Source: Squalus acanthias
Taxonomy: Eukaryota
Reading direction: 5' to 3'
Assembly (NCBI GenBank): GCA_030390025.1
Contig: JASTWF010000330.1
Span: 310,001-374,000 of the forward strand
Length of the DNA: 64,000 nucleotides
The notes under the pieces were generated by a model that was not told the DNA's origin, ran no database searches, and saw nothing but the letters and a program-made list of their open reading frames with translations. A program made the translations under genes and the position numbers. This document shows positions 35,816 to 51,300 of the stretch, one piece after another (within the stretch, counting starts at the first letter, position 1; each line of letters opens with the position of its first letter).

Positions 35816-36379
35816 TGGAATAGTTGAGTCTGGACAAAGATGAGGGTTTCAGCAGAAGATAGGCTCAGGCAAGGGCTGGGATGGTCGATGTTGCGGAGTT
35901 GGAAGTAGGCGGTCTTTGTGATGGAACGGATAAGAGGTCGGAAGCTGAGCTCTGTCGGTAACAGGGCAACGTGTTGATGAGAAATAGGAGGGTGCAAAGG
36001 ATAGGTCCTTGGGGGACTCCAGAGGTAACAGGGCAGGAGTGGGTAGAGAAGGCTTTACAGGAGATTCTCTGGCTATGACTGGATAGGTGTGAGTGGAACC
36101 ATGTGAGGGCAGTCCCACCCAGCTGGACAAGGGAGGAGAGGCGTTGGAGGAGGATGATGTGGTCAACCGTGTCAAAGGTTGCCGACAGGTGGAGAAGGAT
36201 GAGGAGGGATAGCTTACCACGGTCACAGTCACAGAGGATGTCAGTTGTGCCTTTAAGAAGAGCCGTTTCAGGGCCGTGCCAGGAGTGGAAACCTAAGTGG
36301 AGAGGTTCAAACATGGAGTTCATATTTAAAACCTTAAATTCCTATTAATTATACTTTTAGTTGCCAGCAGATTTAAAAT

Positions 36380-39300
36380 GTATGCATTTGTAACAGATCT
36401 TTAATATTTGCATTATTGATTGATATTATTTATTATGCATCTGTAATATTTATTTGCATTATTGATTATTATGCATTTGGAATAGAATTTTAATATTTGT
36501 CTCATTGATGATATTTATTGTGGATTTGGAATAGATCTTTAATATTTGTCTCATTGATGATATTATTTATTGTGGATTTGGAATAGATCTTTAATATTTG
36601 TCTCATTATTTGATGTTATTTATTGTGGATTTGGAATAGATATTTAATTATTGTCTCATTATTTGATATTATTTATTCTGGATTTGGAATAGATCTTTAA
36701 TATTTGTCTCATTGATGATATTATTTATTGTGGATTTGGAATAGATCTTTAATATTTCTCTCATTGTTCGATGTTATTTATTGTGGATTTGGAATAGATC
36801 TTTAATATTTGTCTCATTGATGATATTATTTATTGTGGATTTGGAATAGATCTTTAATATTTGTCTCATTGATGATATTATTTATTGTGGATTTGGAACA
36901 GATCTTTAATATTTGTCTCATTGATGATATTATTTATTGTGGATTTGGAACAGATCTTTAATATTTGTCTCATTGATGATATTATTTATTGTGGATTTGG
37001 AACAGATCTTTAATATTTCTCTCATTGTTTGATATTATTTATTGTGGATTTGGAACAGATCTTTAATATTTGTCTCATTGATGATATTATTTATTGTGGA
37101 TTTGGAATAGATCTTTAATATTTGTCTCATTGATGATATTATTTATTGTGGATTTGGAATAGATCTTTAATATTTCTCTCATTATTTGATGTTATTTATT
37201 GTGGATTTGGAATAGATATTTAATTATTGTCTCATTATTTGATATTATTTATTCTGGATTTGGAATAGATCTTTAATATTTGTCTCATTGATGATATTAT
37301 TTATTGTGGATTTGGAATAGATCTTTAATATTTCTCTCATTGTTCGATGTTATTTATTGTGGATTTGGAATAGATCTTTAATATTTGTCTCATTGATGAT
37401 ATTATTTATTGTGGATTTGGAATAGATCTTTAATATTTGTCTCATTGATGATATTATTTATTGTGGATTTGGAATAGATCTTTAATATTTGTCTCATTGA
37501 TGATATTATTTATTGTGGATTTGGAATAGATCTTTAATATTTGTCTCATTATTTGATATTATTTATTGTGGATTTGGAATAGATCTTTAATATTTGTCTC
37601 ATTATTTGATATTATTTATTGTGGATTTGGAATAGATCTTTAATATTTCTCTCATTAATGATATTATTTATTGTGCATTTGGAATAGATCTTTAATATTT
37701 GTCTCAATATTTGATATTATTTATTGTGGATTTGGAATAGATCTTTAATATTTGTCTCATTGATGATATTATTTATTGTGGATTTGGAATAGATCTTTAA
37801 TATTTGTCTCATTGATGATATTATTTATTGGGGATTTGGAATAGATCTTTAATATTTGTCTCATTGATGATATTATTTATTGGGGATTTGGAATAGATCT
37901 TTAATATTTGTCTCATCGATAATATTATTTATTGGGGATTTGGAATAGATCTTTAATATTTGTCTCATCGATGATATTATTTATTGTGGATTTGGAATAG
38001 AGCTTTAATATTTGTCACATTGTTTGATATTATTGTGGATTTGGAATAGATCTTTAATAATTGTCTCATTGTTTGATATTATTTATTGTGGATTTGGAAT
38101 AGATCTTTAATACTTGTCTCATTGTTTGATATTATTTATTGTGGATTTGGAATAGATCTTTAATATTTGTCTCATTGATGATATTATTTATTCTGGATTT
38201 GGAATAGATCTTTAATATTTGTCTCATTGATGAAGTTATTTATTGTGAATTTGGAATAGATCTTTAATATTTGTCTCATTGATGATATTATTTATTGCGG
38301 ATTTGGAATAAATCTTTAATATTTGTCTCATCGATGATATTATTTATTGTGGATTTGGAATAGATCTTTAATATTTGTCTCATTGATGATATTATTTATT
38401 GTGGATTTGGAATAGATCTTTAATATTTGTCCCATTGATGATATTCTTTATTGTGAATTTGGAATAGATCTTTAATATTTGTCTCACTGTTGATATTATT
38501 TATTGTGGATTTGGAATATATCTTTAATATTTGTCTCATTGATGATATTATTTATTGTGGATTTGGAATAGATCTTTAATATTTGTCTCATTGATGATAT
38601 TATTTATTGTGGATTTGGAATAGATCTTTAATATTTGTCTCATTGATGATATTATTTATTGTGGATTTGGAATATATCTTTAATATTTGTCTCATTGATG
38701 ATATTATTTATTGTAGATTTGGAATAGATCTTTAATATTTGTCTCATTGATGATATTATTTATTGTAGATTTGGAATAGATCTTTAATATTTGTCTCATT
38801 GATGATATTATTTATTGTGGATTTGGAATAGATCTTTAATATTTGTCTCATTGATGATATTATTTATTGTAGATTTGGAATAGATCTTTAATATTTGGCT
38901 CATTGATGATATTATTTATTGTGGATTTGGAATAGATCTATAATATTTGTCTCAGTGATGATATTATTTATGTGGATTTGGAATAGATCTTTAATATTTC
39001 TCTCATTGATGACATTATTTATTGTGGATTTGGAATAGATCTTTAATATTTCTCTCATTGTTCGATGTTATTAATTGTGGATTTGGAATAGATGTTTAAT
39101 ATATCTCTCATTGATGATATTATTATATGTGGATTTGGAATAGATCTTTAATATTTCTCTCATTGTTTGATGTTATATATTGTGGATTTGGAATAGATCT
39201 TTAATATTTCTCTCATTGTTTGATGTTATATATTGTGGATTTGGAATAGATCTTTAATATTTGTCTCAATATTTGATATTATTTATTGTGGATTTGGAAT

Positions 39301-42300
39301 AGATCTTTAATATTTGTCTCATTGATGATATTATTTATCGTGGATTTGGAATAGATCTTTAATATTTCTCTCATTGATGATATTATTTATTGTGGATTTG
39401 GAATAGATCTTTAATATTTGTCTCATTATTTGATATTATTTATTGTGGATTTGGAATAGATCTTTAATATTTCTCTGATTGTTTGATGTTATATATTGTG
39501 GATTTGGAATAGATCTTTAATATTTCTCTCATTGTTTGATGTTATATATTGTGGATTTGGAATAGATCTTTAATATTTGTCTCAATATTTGATATTATTT
39601 ATTGTGGATTTGGAATAGATCTTTAATATTTGTCTCATTGATGATATTATTTATTGTGGATTTGGAATAGATCTTTAATATTTGTCTCATTGATGATATT
39701 ATTTATTGTGGATTTGGAATAGATCTTTAATATTTGTCTCATTGATGATATTATTTATTGTGGATTTGGAATAGATCTTTAATATTTGTCTCATTGATGA
39801 CATTATTTATTGTGGATTTGGAATAGATCTTTAATATTTGTCTCATTATTTGATATTATTTACTGTGGATTTGGAATAGATCTTTAATATTTGTCACATT
39901 GATGATATTATTTATTGTGGATTTGGAATAGATCTTTAATATTTGTCTCATTGATGATATTATTTATTGTGGATTTGGAATAGATCTTTAATATTTCTCT
40001 CATTATTTGATATTATTTACTGTGGATTTGGAATAGATCTTTAATATTTCTCTCATTGATGATATTATTTATTGTGGATTTGGAATAGATCTTTAATATT
40101 TCTCTCAATGATGATATTATTTATTGTGGATTTGGAATAGATCTTTAATATTTCTCTCATTGTTTGATGTTATTTATTGTGGATTTGGAATAGATCTTTA
40201 AAATTTGTCTTATTGATGATATTATTTATTGTGGATTTGGAATAGATCTTTAATATTTCTCTCATTGATGATATTATTTATTGTAGATTTGGAATAAATC
40301 TTTAATATTTGTCTCATTGATGATATTATTTATTGTGGATTTGGAATAGATCTTTAATATTTGTCTCATTGATGAAATTATTTATTGTGGATTTGGAATA
40401 GATCTTTAATATTTGTCTCATTGTTTGATATTATTTATTGTGGATTTGGAATAGATCTTTAATATTTGTCTCATTGATGAAATTATTTATTGTGGATTTG
40501 GAATAAATCTTTAGTATTTGTCTCATTGATGATATTATTTATTGTGGATTTGGAATAAATCTTTAATATTTGTCTCATTGATGATATTATTTATTGTGGA
40601 TTTGGAATAGATCTTTAATATTTCTCTCATTGTTTGATGTTATATATTGTGGATTTGGAATAGATCTTTAATATTTGTCTCATTGATGATATTATTTATT
40701 GTGGATTTGGAATAGATCTTTAATATTTGTCTCATTGATGATATTATTTATTGTGGATTTGGAATAGATCTTTAATATTTCTCTCATTGTTTGATGTTAT
40801 TTATTGTGGATTTGGAATAGATCTTTAATATTTGTCTCATTGATGATATTATTTATTGTGGATTTGGAATAGATCTTTAATATTTGTCTCATTGATGATA
40901 TTATTTATTGTGGATTTGGAATAGATCTTTAATATTTGTCTCATTGATGATATTATTTATTGTGGATTTGGAATAGATCTTTAATATTTGACTCATTGAT
41001 GATATTATTTACTGTGGATTTGGAATAGATCTTTAATATTTGTCTCATTGATGATATTATTTATTGTGGATTTGGAATAGATCTTTAATATTTGTCTCAT
41101 TGATGATATTATTTATTGTGGATTTGGAATAGATCTTTAATATTTGTCTCATTGATGATATTATTTATTGTGGATTTGGAATAGATCTTTAATATTTGTC
41201 TCATTGATGATATTATTTATTGTGGATTTGGAATAGATCTTTAATATTTGGCTCATTGATGATATTATTTATTGTGGATTTGGAATAGATCTTTAATATT
41301 TGGCTCATTGATGATATTATTTATTGTGGATTTGGAATAGATCTTTAATATTTGTCCCATTGATGATATTATTTATTGTGGATTTGGAATAGATCTTTAA
41401 TATTTGTTTCATTGATGAAATTATTTATTGTGGATTTGGAATAGATCTTTAATATTTGTCTAATTGATGATATTATTTATTGTGGATTTGGAATAGATCT
41501 TTAATATTTGTTTCATTGATGAAATTATTTATTGTGGATTTGGAATAGATCTTTAATATTTGTCTAATTGATGATATTATTTATTGTGGATTTGGAATAG
41601 ATCTTTAATATTTGTCTCATTGATGATATAATTTATTGTGGATTTGGAATAGATCTTTAATATTTCTCTCATTGATGATATTATTTATTGTGGATTTGGA
41701 ATAGATCTTTAATATTTGTCTCATTGATGATATTATTTATTGTGGATTTGGAATAGATCTTTAATATTTCTCTCATTGATGATATTATTTATTGTGGATT
41801 TGGAATAGATGTTTAATATTTGTCTCATTGATGATATTATTTATTGTGGATTTGGAATAGATCTTTAATATTTGTCTCATTATTTGATATTATTTATTGT
41901 GGATTTGGAATAGATCTTTAATATTTGTCTCATTGATGATTTTATTTATTGTGGATTTGGAATAGATCTTTAATATTTGTCTCATTGATGATATTATTTA
42001 TTGTGGATTTGGAATAGATCTTTAATATTTGTCTCATTGATGATATTATTTATTGTGGATTTGGAATAGATCTTTAATATTTGTCTCATTGATGATATTA
42101 TTTATTGTGGATTTGGAATAGATCTTAAATATTTGTCTCATTGTTTGAAATTATTTATCGTGGATTTGGAATAGATTTTAAATATTTGTCTCATTATTTG
42201 ACATTATTTATTGTGGATTTGGAATAAATCTTTCATATTTGTCTCATTGATGATTTTATTTATTGTGGATTTGGAATAGATCTTTAATATTTGTCTCATC

Positions 42301-45300
42301 GATGATATTATTTATTGTGGATTTGGAATAGATCTTTAATATTTCTCTCATTGATGATATTATTTATTGTGGATTTGGAATAAATCTTTAATATTTCTCT
42401 CATTGATGATATTATTTATTGTGGATTTGGAATAGATCTTTAATATTTCTCTCATTGATGATATTATTTATTGTGGATTTGGAATAGATCTTTAATATTT
42501 GTCTCATTAATGACATTATTTATTGTGGATTTGGAATAGATCTTTAATATTTCTCTCATTGATGATATTATTTATTGTGGATTTGGAATAGATCTTTAAT
42601 ATTTGTCTCATTAATTACATTATTTATTGTGGATTTGGAATAGATCTTTAATATTTGTCTCATTGATGATATTATTTATTGTGGATTTTGAATAGATCTT
42701 TAATATTTGTCTCATTGATGATATTATTTATTGTGGATTTGGAATAGATCTTTAATATTTCTCTCATTGATGATATTATTTATTGTGGATTTGGAATAGA
42801 TCTTTAATATTTGTCTCATTAATTACATTATTTATTGTGGATTTGGAATAGATCTTTAATATTTGTCTCATTGATGATATTATTTATTGTGGATTTGGAA
42901 TAGATCTTTAATATTTGTCTCATCGATGATATTATTTATTGTGGATTTGGAATAGATCTTTAATATTTGTCCCATTGATGATGTTATTTATTGTGGATTT
43001 GGAATAGATCTTTAATATTTGTCTCATCGATGATATTATTTATTGTGGATTTGGAATAGATCTATAATATTTGTCTCAGTGATGATATTATTTATGTGGA
43101 TTTGGAATAGATCTTTAATATTTCTCTCATTGATGACATTATTTATTGTGGATTTGGAATAGATCTTTAATATTTCTCTCATTGTTCGATGTTATTAATT
43201 GTGGATTTGGAATAGATGTTTAATATATCTCTCATTGATGATATTATTATATGTGGATTTGGAATAGATCTTTAATATTTCTCTCATTGTTTGATGTTAT
43301 ATATTGTGGATTTGGAATAGATCTTTAATATTTCTCTCATTGTTTGATGTTATATATTGTGGATTTGGAATAGATCTTTAATATTTGTCTCAATATTTGA
43401 TATTATTTATTGTGGATTTGGAATAGATCTTTAATATTTGTCTCATTGATGATATTATTTATCGTGGATTTGGAATAGATCTTTAATATTTCTCTCATTG
43501 ATGATATTATTTATTGTGGATTTGGAATAGATCTTTAATATTTGTCTCATTATTTGATATTATTTATTGTGGATTTGGAATAGATCTTTAATATTTCTCT
43601 GATTGTTTGATGTTATATATTGTGGATTTGGAATAGATCTTTAATATTTCTCTCATTGTTTGATGTTATATATTGTGGATTTGGAATAGATCTTTAATAT
43701 TTGTCTCAATATTTGATATTATTTATTGTGGATTTGGAATAGATCTTTAATATTTGTCTCATTGATGATATTATTTATTGTGGATTTGGAATAGATCTTT
43801 AATATTTGTCTCATTGATGATATTATTTATTGTGGATTTGGAATAGATCTTTAATATTTGTCTCATTGATGATATTATTTATTGTGGATTTGGAATAGAT
43901 CTTTAATATTTGTCTCATTGATGACATTATTTATTGTGGATTTGGAATAGATCTTTAATATTTGTCTCATTATTTGATATTATTTACTGTGGATTTGGAA
44001 TAGATCTTTAATATTTGTCACATTGATGATATTATTTATTGTGGATTTGGAATAGATCTTTAATATTTGTCTCATTGATGATATTATTTATTGTGGATTT
44101 GGAATAGATCTTTAATATTTCTCTCATTATTTGATATTATTTACTGTGGATTTGGAATAGATCTTTAATATTTCTCTCATTGATGATATTATTTATTGTG
44201 GATTTGGAATAGATCTTTAATATTTCTCTCAATGATGATATTATTTATTGTGGATTTGGAATAGATCTTTAATATTTCTCTCATTGTTTGATGTTATTTA
44301 TTGTGGATTTGGAATAGATCTTTAAAATTTGTCTTATTGATGATATTATTTATTGTGGATTTGGAATAGATCTTTAATATTTCTCTCATTGATGATATTA
44401 TTTATTGTAGATTTGGAATAAATCTTTAATATTTGTCTCATTGATGATATTATTTATTGTGGATTTGGAATAGATCTTTAATATTTGTCTCATTGATGAA
44501 ATTATTTATTGTGGATTTGGAATAGATCTTTAATATTTGTCTCATTGTTTGATATTATTTATTGTGGATTTGGAATAGATCTTTAATATTTGTCTCATTG
44601 ATGAAATTATTTATTGTGGATTTGGAATAAATCTTTAGTATTTGTCTCATTGATGATATTATTTATTGTGGATTTGGAATAAATCTTTAATATTTGTCTC
44701 ATTGATGATATTATTTATTGTGGATTTGGAATAGATCTTTAATATTTCTCTCATTGTTTGATGTTATATATTGTGGATTTGGAATAGATCTTTAATATTT
44801 GTCTCATTGATGATATTATTTATTGTGGATTTGGAATAGATCTTTAATATTTGTCTCATTGATGATATTATTTATTGTGGATTTGGAATAGATCTTTAAT
44901 ATTTCTCTCATTGTTTGATGTTATTTATTGTGGATTTGGAATAGATCTTTAATATTTGTCTCATTGATGATATTATTTATTGTGGATTTGGAATAGATCT
45001 TTAATATTTGTCTCATTGATGATATTATTTATTGTGGATTTGGAATAGATCTTTAATATTTGTCTCATTGATGATATTATTTATTGTGGATTTGGAATAG
45101 ATCTTTAATATTTGACTCATTGATGATATTATTTACTGTGGATTTGGAATAGATCTTTAATATTTGTCTCATTGATGATATTATTTATTGTGGATTTGGA
45201 ATAGATCTTTAATATTTGTCTCATTGATGATATTATTTATTGTGGATTTGGAATAGATCTTTAATATTTGTCTCATTGATGATATTATTTATTGTGGATT

Positions 45301-48300
45301 TGGAATAGATCTTTAATATTTGTCTCATTGATGATATTATTTATTGTGGATTTGGAATAGATCTTTAATATTTGGCTCATTGATGATATTATTTATTGTG
45401 GATTTGGAATAGATCTTTAATATTTGGCTCATTGATGATATTATTTATTGTGGATTTGGAATAGATCTTTAATATTTGTCCCATTGATGATATTATTTAT
45501 TGTGGATTTGGAATAGATCTTTAATATTTGTTTCATTGATGAAATTATTTATTGTGGATTTGGAATAGATCTTTAATATTTGTCTAATTGATGATATTAT
45601 TTATTGTGGATTTGGAATAGATCTTTAATATTTGTTTCATTGATGAAATTATTTATTGTGGATTTGGAATAGATCTTTAATATTTGTCTAATTGATGATA
45701 TTATTTATTGTGGATTTGGAATAGATCTTTAATATTTGTCTCATTGATGATATAATTTATTGTGGATTTGGAATAGATCTTTAATATTTCTCTCATTGAT
45801 GATATTATTTATTGTGGATTTGGAATAGATCTTTAATATTTGTCTCATTGATGATATTATTTATTGTGGATTTGGAATAGATCTTTAATATTTCTCTCAT
45901 TGATGATATTATTTATTGTGGATTTGGAATAGATGTTTAATATTTGTCTCATTGATGATATTATTTATTGTGGATTTGGAATAGATCTTTAATATTTGTC
46001 TCATTATTTGATATTATTTATTGTGGATTTGGAATAGATCTTTAATATTTGTCTCATTGATGATTTTATTTATTGTGGATTTGGAATAGATCTTTAATAT
46101 TTGTCTCATTGATGATATTATTTATTGTGGATTTGGAATAGATCTTTAATATTTGTCTCATTGATGATATTATTTATTGTGGATTTGGAATAGATCTTTA
46201 ATATTTGTCTCATTGATGATATTATTTATTGTGGATTTGGAATAGATCTTAAATATTTGTCTCATTGTTTGAAATTATTTATCGTGGATTTGGAATAGAT
46301 TTTAAATATTTGTCTCATTATTTGACATTATTTATTGTGGATTTGGAATAAATCTTTCATATTTGTCTCATTGATGATTTTATTTATTGTGGATTTGGAA
46401 TAGATCTTTAATATTTGTCTCATCGATGATATTATTTATTGTGGATTTGGAATAGATCTTTAATATTTCTCTCATTGATGATATTATTTATTGTGGATTT
46501 GGAATAAATCTTTAATATTTCTCTCATTGATGATATTATTTATTGTGGATTTGGAATAGATCTTTAATATTTCTCTCATTGATGATATTATTTATTGTGG
46601 ATTTGGAATAGATCTTTAATATTTGTCTCATTAATGACATTATTTATTGTGGATTTGGAATAGATCTTTAATATTTCTCTCATTGATGATATTATTTATT
46701 GTGGATTTGGAATAGATCTTTAATATTTGTCTCATTAATTACATTATTTATTGTGGATTTGGAATAGATCTTTAATATTTGTCTCATTGATGATATTATT
46801 TATTGTGGATTTTGAATAGATCTTTAATATTTGTCTCATTGATGATATTATTTATTGTGGATTTGGAATAGATCTTTAATATTTCTCTCATTGATGATAT
46901 TATTTATTGTGGATTTGGAATAGATCTTTAATATTTGTCTCATTAATTACATTATTTATTGTGGATTTGGAATAGATCTTTAATATTTGTCTCATTGATG
47001 ATATTATTTATTGTGGATTTGGAATAGATCTTTAATATTTGTCTCATCGATGATATTATTTATTGTGGATTTGGAATAGATCTTTAATATTTGTCCCATT
47101 GATGATGTTATTTATTGTGGATTTGGAATAGATCTTTAATATTTGTCTCATCGATGATATTATTTATTGTGGATTTGGAATAGATCTTTAATATTTGTTC
47201 CATTGATGATATTATTTATTGTGGATTTGGAATAGATCTTTAATATTTGTCTCATTGATTACGTTATTTATTGTGGATTTGGAATAGATCTTTAATATTT
47301 GTCTCATTGATGATGTTATTTATTGTGGATTTGGAATAGATCTTTAATATTTGTCTCATCGATGATATTATTTATTGTGGATTTGGAATAGATCTTTAAT
47401 ATTTGTCTCATTAATTACGTTATTTATTGTGGATTTGGAATAGATCTTTAATATTTGTCTCATTGATGATGTTATTTATTGTGGATTTGGAATAGATCTT
47501 TAATATTTGTCTCATCGATGATATTATTTATTGTGGATTTGGAATAGATCTTTAATATTTGTTCCATTGATGATATTATTTATTGTGGATTTGGAATAGA
47601 TCTTTAATATTTGTTCCATCGATGATATTATTTATTGTGGTTTTGGAATAGATCTTTAATATTTGTCTCATTGATGATATTATTTATTGTGGATTTGGAA
47701 TAGATCTTTAATATTTGTTCCATTGATGATATTATTTATTGTGGATTTGGAATAGATCTTTAATATTTGTCTCATTAATTACATTATTTATTGTGGATTT
47801 GGAATAGATCTTTAATATTTGTCTCATCGATGATATTATTTATTGTGGATTTGGAATAGATCTTTAATATTTGTTCCATTGATGATATTATTTATTGTGG
47901 ATTTGGAATAGATCTTTAATATTTGTCTCATTGATGATATTATTTATTCTGGATTTGGAATAGATCTTTAATATTTGTCTCATCGATGATATTATTTATT
48001 GTGGATTTGGAATAGATCTTTAATATTTGTCTCATTGATGATATTATTTATTGTGGATTTGGAATAGATCTTTAATATTTGTTCCATTGATGATATTATT
48101 TATTGTGGATTTGGAATAGATATTTAATATTTGTCTCATTGATGATATTATTTATTGTGGATTTGGAATAGATCTTTAATATTTGTTCCATTGATGATAT
48201 TATTTATTGTGGATTTGGAATAGATATTTAATATTTGTCTCATCGATGATATTATTTATTGTGGATTTGGAATAGATATTTAATATTTGTCTCATCGATG

Positions 48301-51300
48301 ATATTATTTATTGTGGATTTGGAATAGATCTTTAATATTTGTTCCATTGATGATATTATTTATTGTGGATTTGGAATAGATCTTTAATATTTGTTCCATC
48401 GATGATATTATTTATTGTGGATTTGGAATAGATCTTTAATATTTGTCTCATTGATGATATTATTTATTGTGGATTTGGAATAGATCTTTAATATTTGTTC
48501 CATTGATGATATTATTTATTGTGGATTTGGAATAGATATTTAATATTTGTCTCATCGATGATATTATTTATTGTGGATTTGGAATAGATCTTTAATATTT
48601 GTCTCATCGATGATATTATTTATTGTGGATTTGGAATAGATCTTTAATATTTGTTCCATTGATGATATTATTTATTGTGGATTTGGAATAGATCTTTAAT
48701 ATTTGTCTCATTATTTGATATTATTTATTGTGGATTTGGAATAGATCTTTAATATTTGTCTCATTATTTGATATTATTTATTGTGGATTTGGAATAGATC
48801 TTTAATATTTGTCTCATTATTTGATATTATTTATTGTGGATTTTGAATAGATCTTTAATATTTGTCTCATTATTTGATATTATTTATTGTGGATTTTGAA
48901 TAGATCTTTAATATTTGTCTAATTGATGATATTATTTATTGTGGATTTGGAATAGATCTTTAATATTTGTCTCATTGATGATATTTTTTATTGTGGATTT
49001 GGAATAGATCTTTAATATTTGTCTCATTGTTAGATATTATTTATTGTGGATTTGGAATAGATCTTTAATATTTGTCTCATTGATGATATTATTTATTGTG
49101 GATTTGGAATAGATCTTTAATATTTGTCTCATCGATGATGTTATTAATTGTGGATTTGGAATAGATCTTTAATATTTCTCTCATTGATGATATTATTTAT
49201 TCTGGATTTGGAATAGATCTTTAATATTTGTCTCATTGATTATATTATTTATTGTGGATTTGGAATAGATCTTTAATATTTGTCTCATTATTTGATATTA
49301 TTTATTGTGGATTTTGAATAGATCTTTAATATTTGTCTCATTGATGATATTATTTATTGTGGATTTGGAATAGATCTTTAATATTTGTCTCATTGTTCGA
49401 TGTTATTTATTGTGGATTTTGAATAGATCTTTAATATTTGTCTCATTGATGATATTATTTATTGTGGATTTGGAATAGATCTTTAATATTTGTCTCATTA
49501 ATGACATTGTTTATTGTGGATTTGGAATAGATCTTTAATATTTGTTCCATTGATGATATTATTTATTGTGGATTTGGAATAGATCTTTAATATTTGTCTC
49601 ATTGATGATATTATTTATTGTGGATTTGGAAGAGATCTTTAATATTTGTCTCATTGATGATATTATTTATTGTGGATTTGGAATAGATATTTAAAATTTG
49701 TCTCATTGATGATTTTATTTATTTTGGATTTGGAATAGATCTTTAATATTTGTCTCATTGATGATATTATTTATTGTGGATTTGGAATAGATCTTTAATA
49801 TTTCTCTCATTGATGATATTATTTATTGTGGATTTGGAATAGATCTTAAATATTTGTCTCATTGATGATATTATTTATTGTGGATTTGGAATAGATCTTT
49901 AATATTTGTCTCATTGATGATATTATTTATTGTGGATTTGGAATAGATCTTTAATATTTGTCCCATTGATGATATTATTTATTGTGGATTTGGAATAGAT
50001 CTTTAATATTTGTCTCATTGATGATATTATTTATTGTGGATTTGGAATAGATCTTTAATATTTGTCCCATTGATGATATTATTTATTGTGGATTTGGAAT
50101 AGATCTTTAATATTTGTCTCATTGATGATATTATTTATTGTGGATTTGGAATAGATCTTTAATATTTGTCCCATTGATGATATTATTTATTGTGGATTTG
50201 GAATTGATCTTAAATATTTGTCTCATTGATGATATTATTTATTGTGGATTTGGAATAGATCTTTAATATTTGTCTCATTGTTCGATATTATTTATTGTGG
50301 ATTTGGAATAGATCTTTAATATTTGTCTCATTGATGATATTATTTATTGTGGATTTGGAATAGATCTTTAATATTTGTCCCATTGATGATATTATTTATT
50401 GTGGATTTGGAATAGATCTTTAATATTTCTCTCATTGATGATATTATTTATTGTGGATTTGGAATAGATCTTTAATATTTGTCTCATTGTTAGATATTAT
50501 TTATTGTGGATTTGGAATAGATCTTTAATATTTGTCTCATTGATGATATTATTTATTGTGGATTTGGAATAGATCTTTAATATTTGTCCCATTGATGATA
50601 TTATTTATTGTGGATTTGGAATAGATCTTTAATATTTCTCTCATTGATGATATTATTTATTGTGGATTTGGAATAGATCTTTAATATTTGTCTCATTGTT
50701 AGATATTATTTATTGTGGATTTGGAATAGATCTTTAATATTTGTCTCATTGATTATGTTAATTTGCTGTGGATTTGGAATACATCTTTAATATTTGTATC
50801 TTTGATGATATTATTTATTGTGGATTTCGAATAGATCTTTAATATTTGTTTCATTGTTTGATATTATTTATTGTGGATTTGGAATAGATCTTTAATATTT
50901 GTCTCATCGATGATATTATTTATTGTGGATTTGGAATAGATCTTTAATATTTGTTCCATTGATGATATTATTTATTGTGGATTTGGAATAGATCTTTAAT
51001 ATTTGTCTCATTGATGATATTATTTATTCTGGATTTGGAATAGATCTTTAATATTTGTCTCATCGATGATATTATTTATTGTGGATTTGGAATAGATCTT
51101 TAATATTTGTCTCATTGATGATATTATTTATTGTGGATTTGGAATAGATCTTTAATATTTGTTCCATTGATGATATTATTTATTGTGGATTTGGAATAGA
51201 TATTTAATATTTGTCTCATTGATGATATTATTTATTGTGGATTTGGAATAGATCTTTAATATTTGTTCCATTGATGATATTATTTATTGTGGATTTGGAA

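Larger units (their letters stand above)
34440..36320 (-). mobile_element. Degraded L2-type LINE, interrupted by CR1 (34680-35300) and Penelope (35589-35815)
   Basis: ORF 35865-36323: ETALLK..DILCDCDRGKLSLLILLHLSATFDTVDH..SGVPQG; YSNALLAGLPSSALHKLELIQ peptide. Confidence 0.8.
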
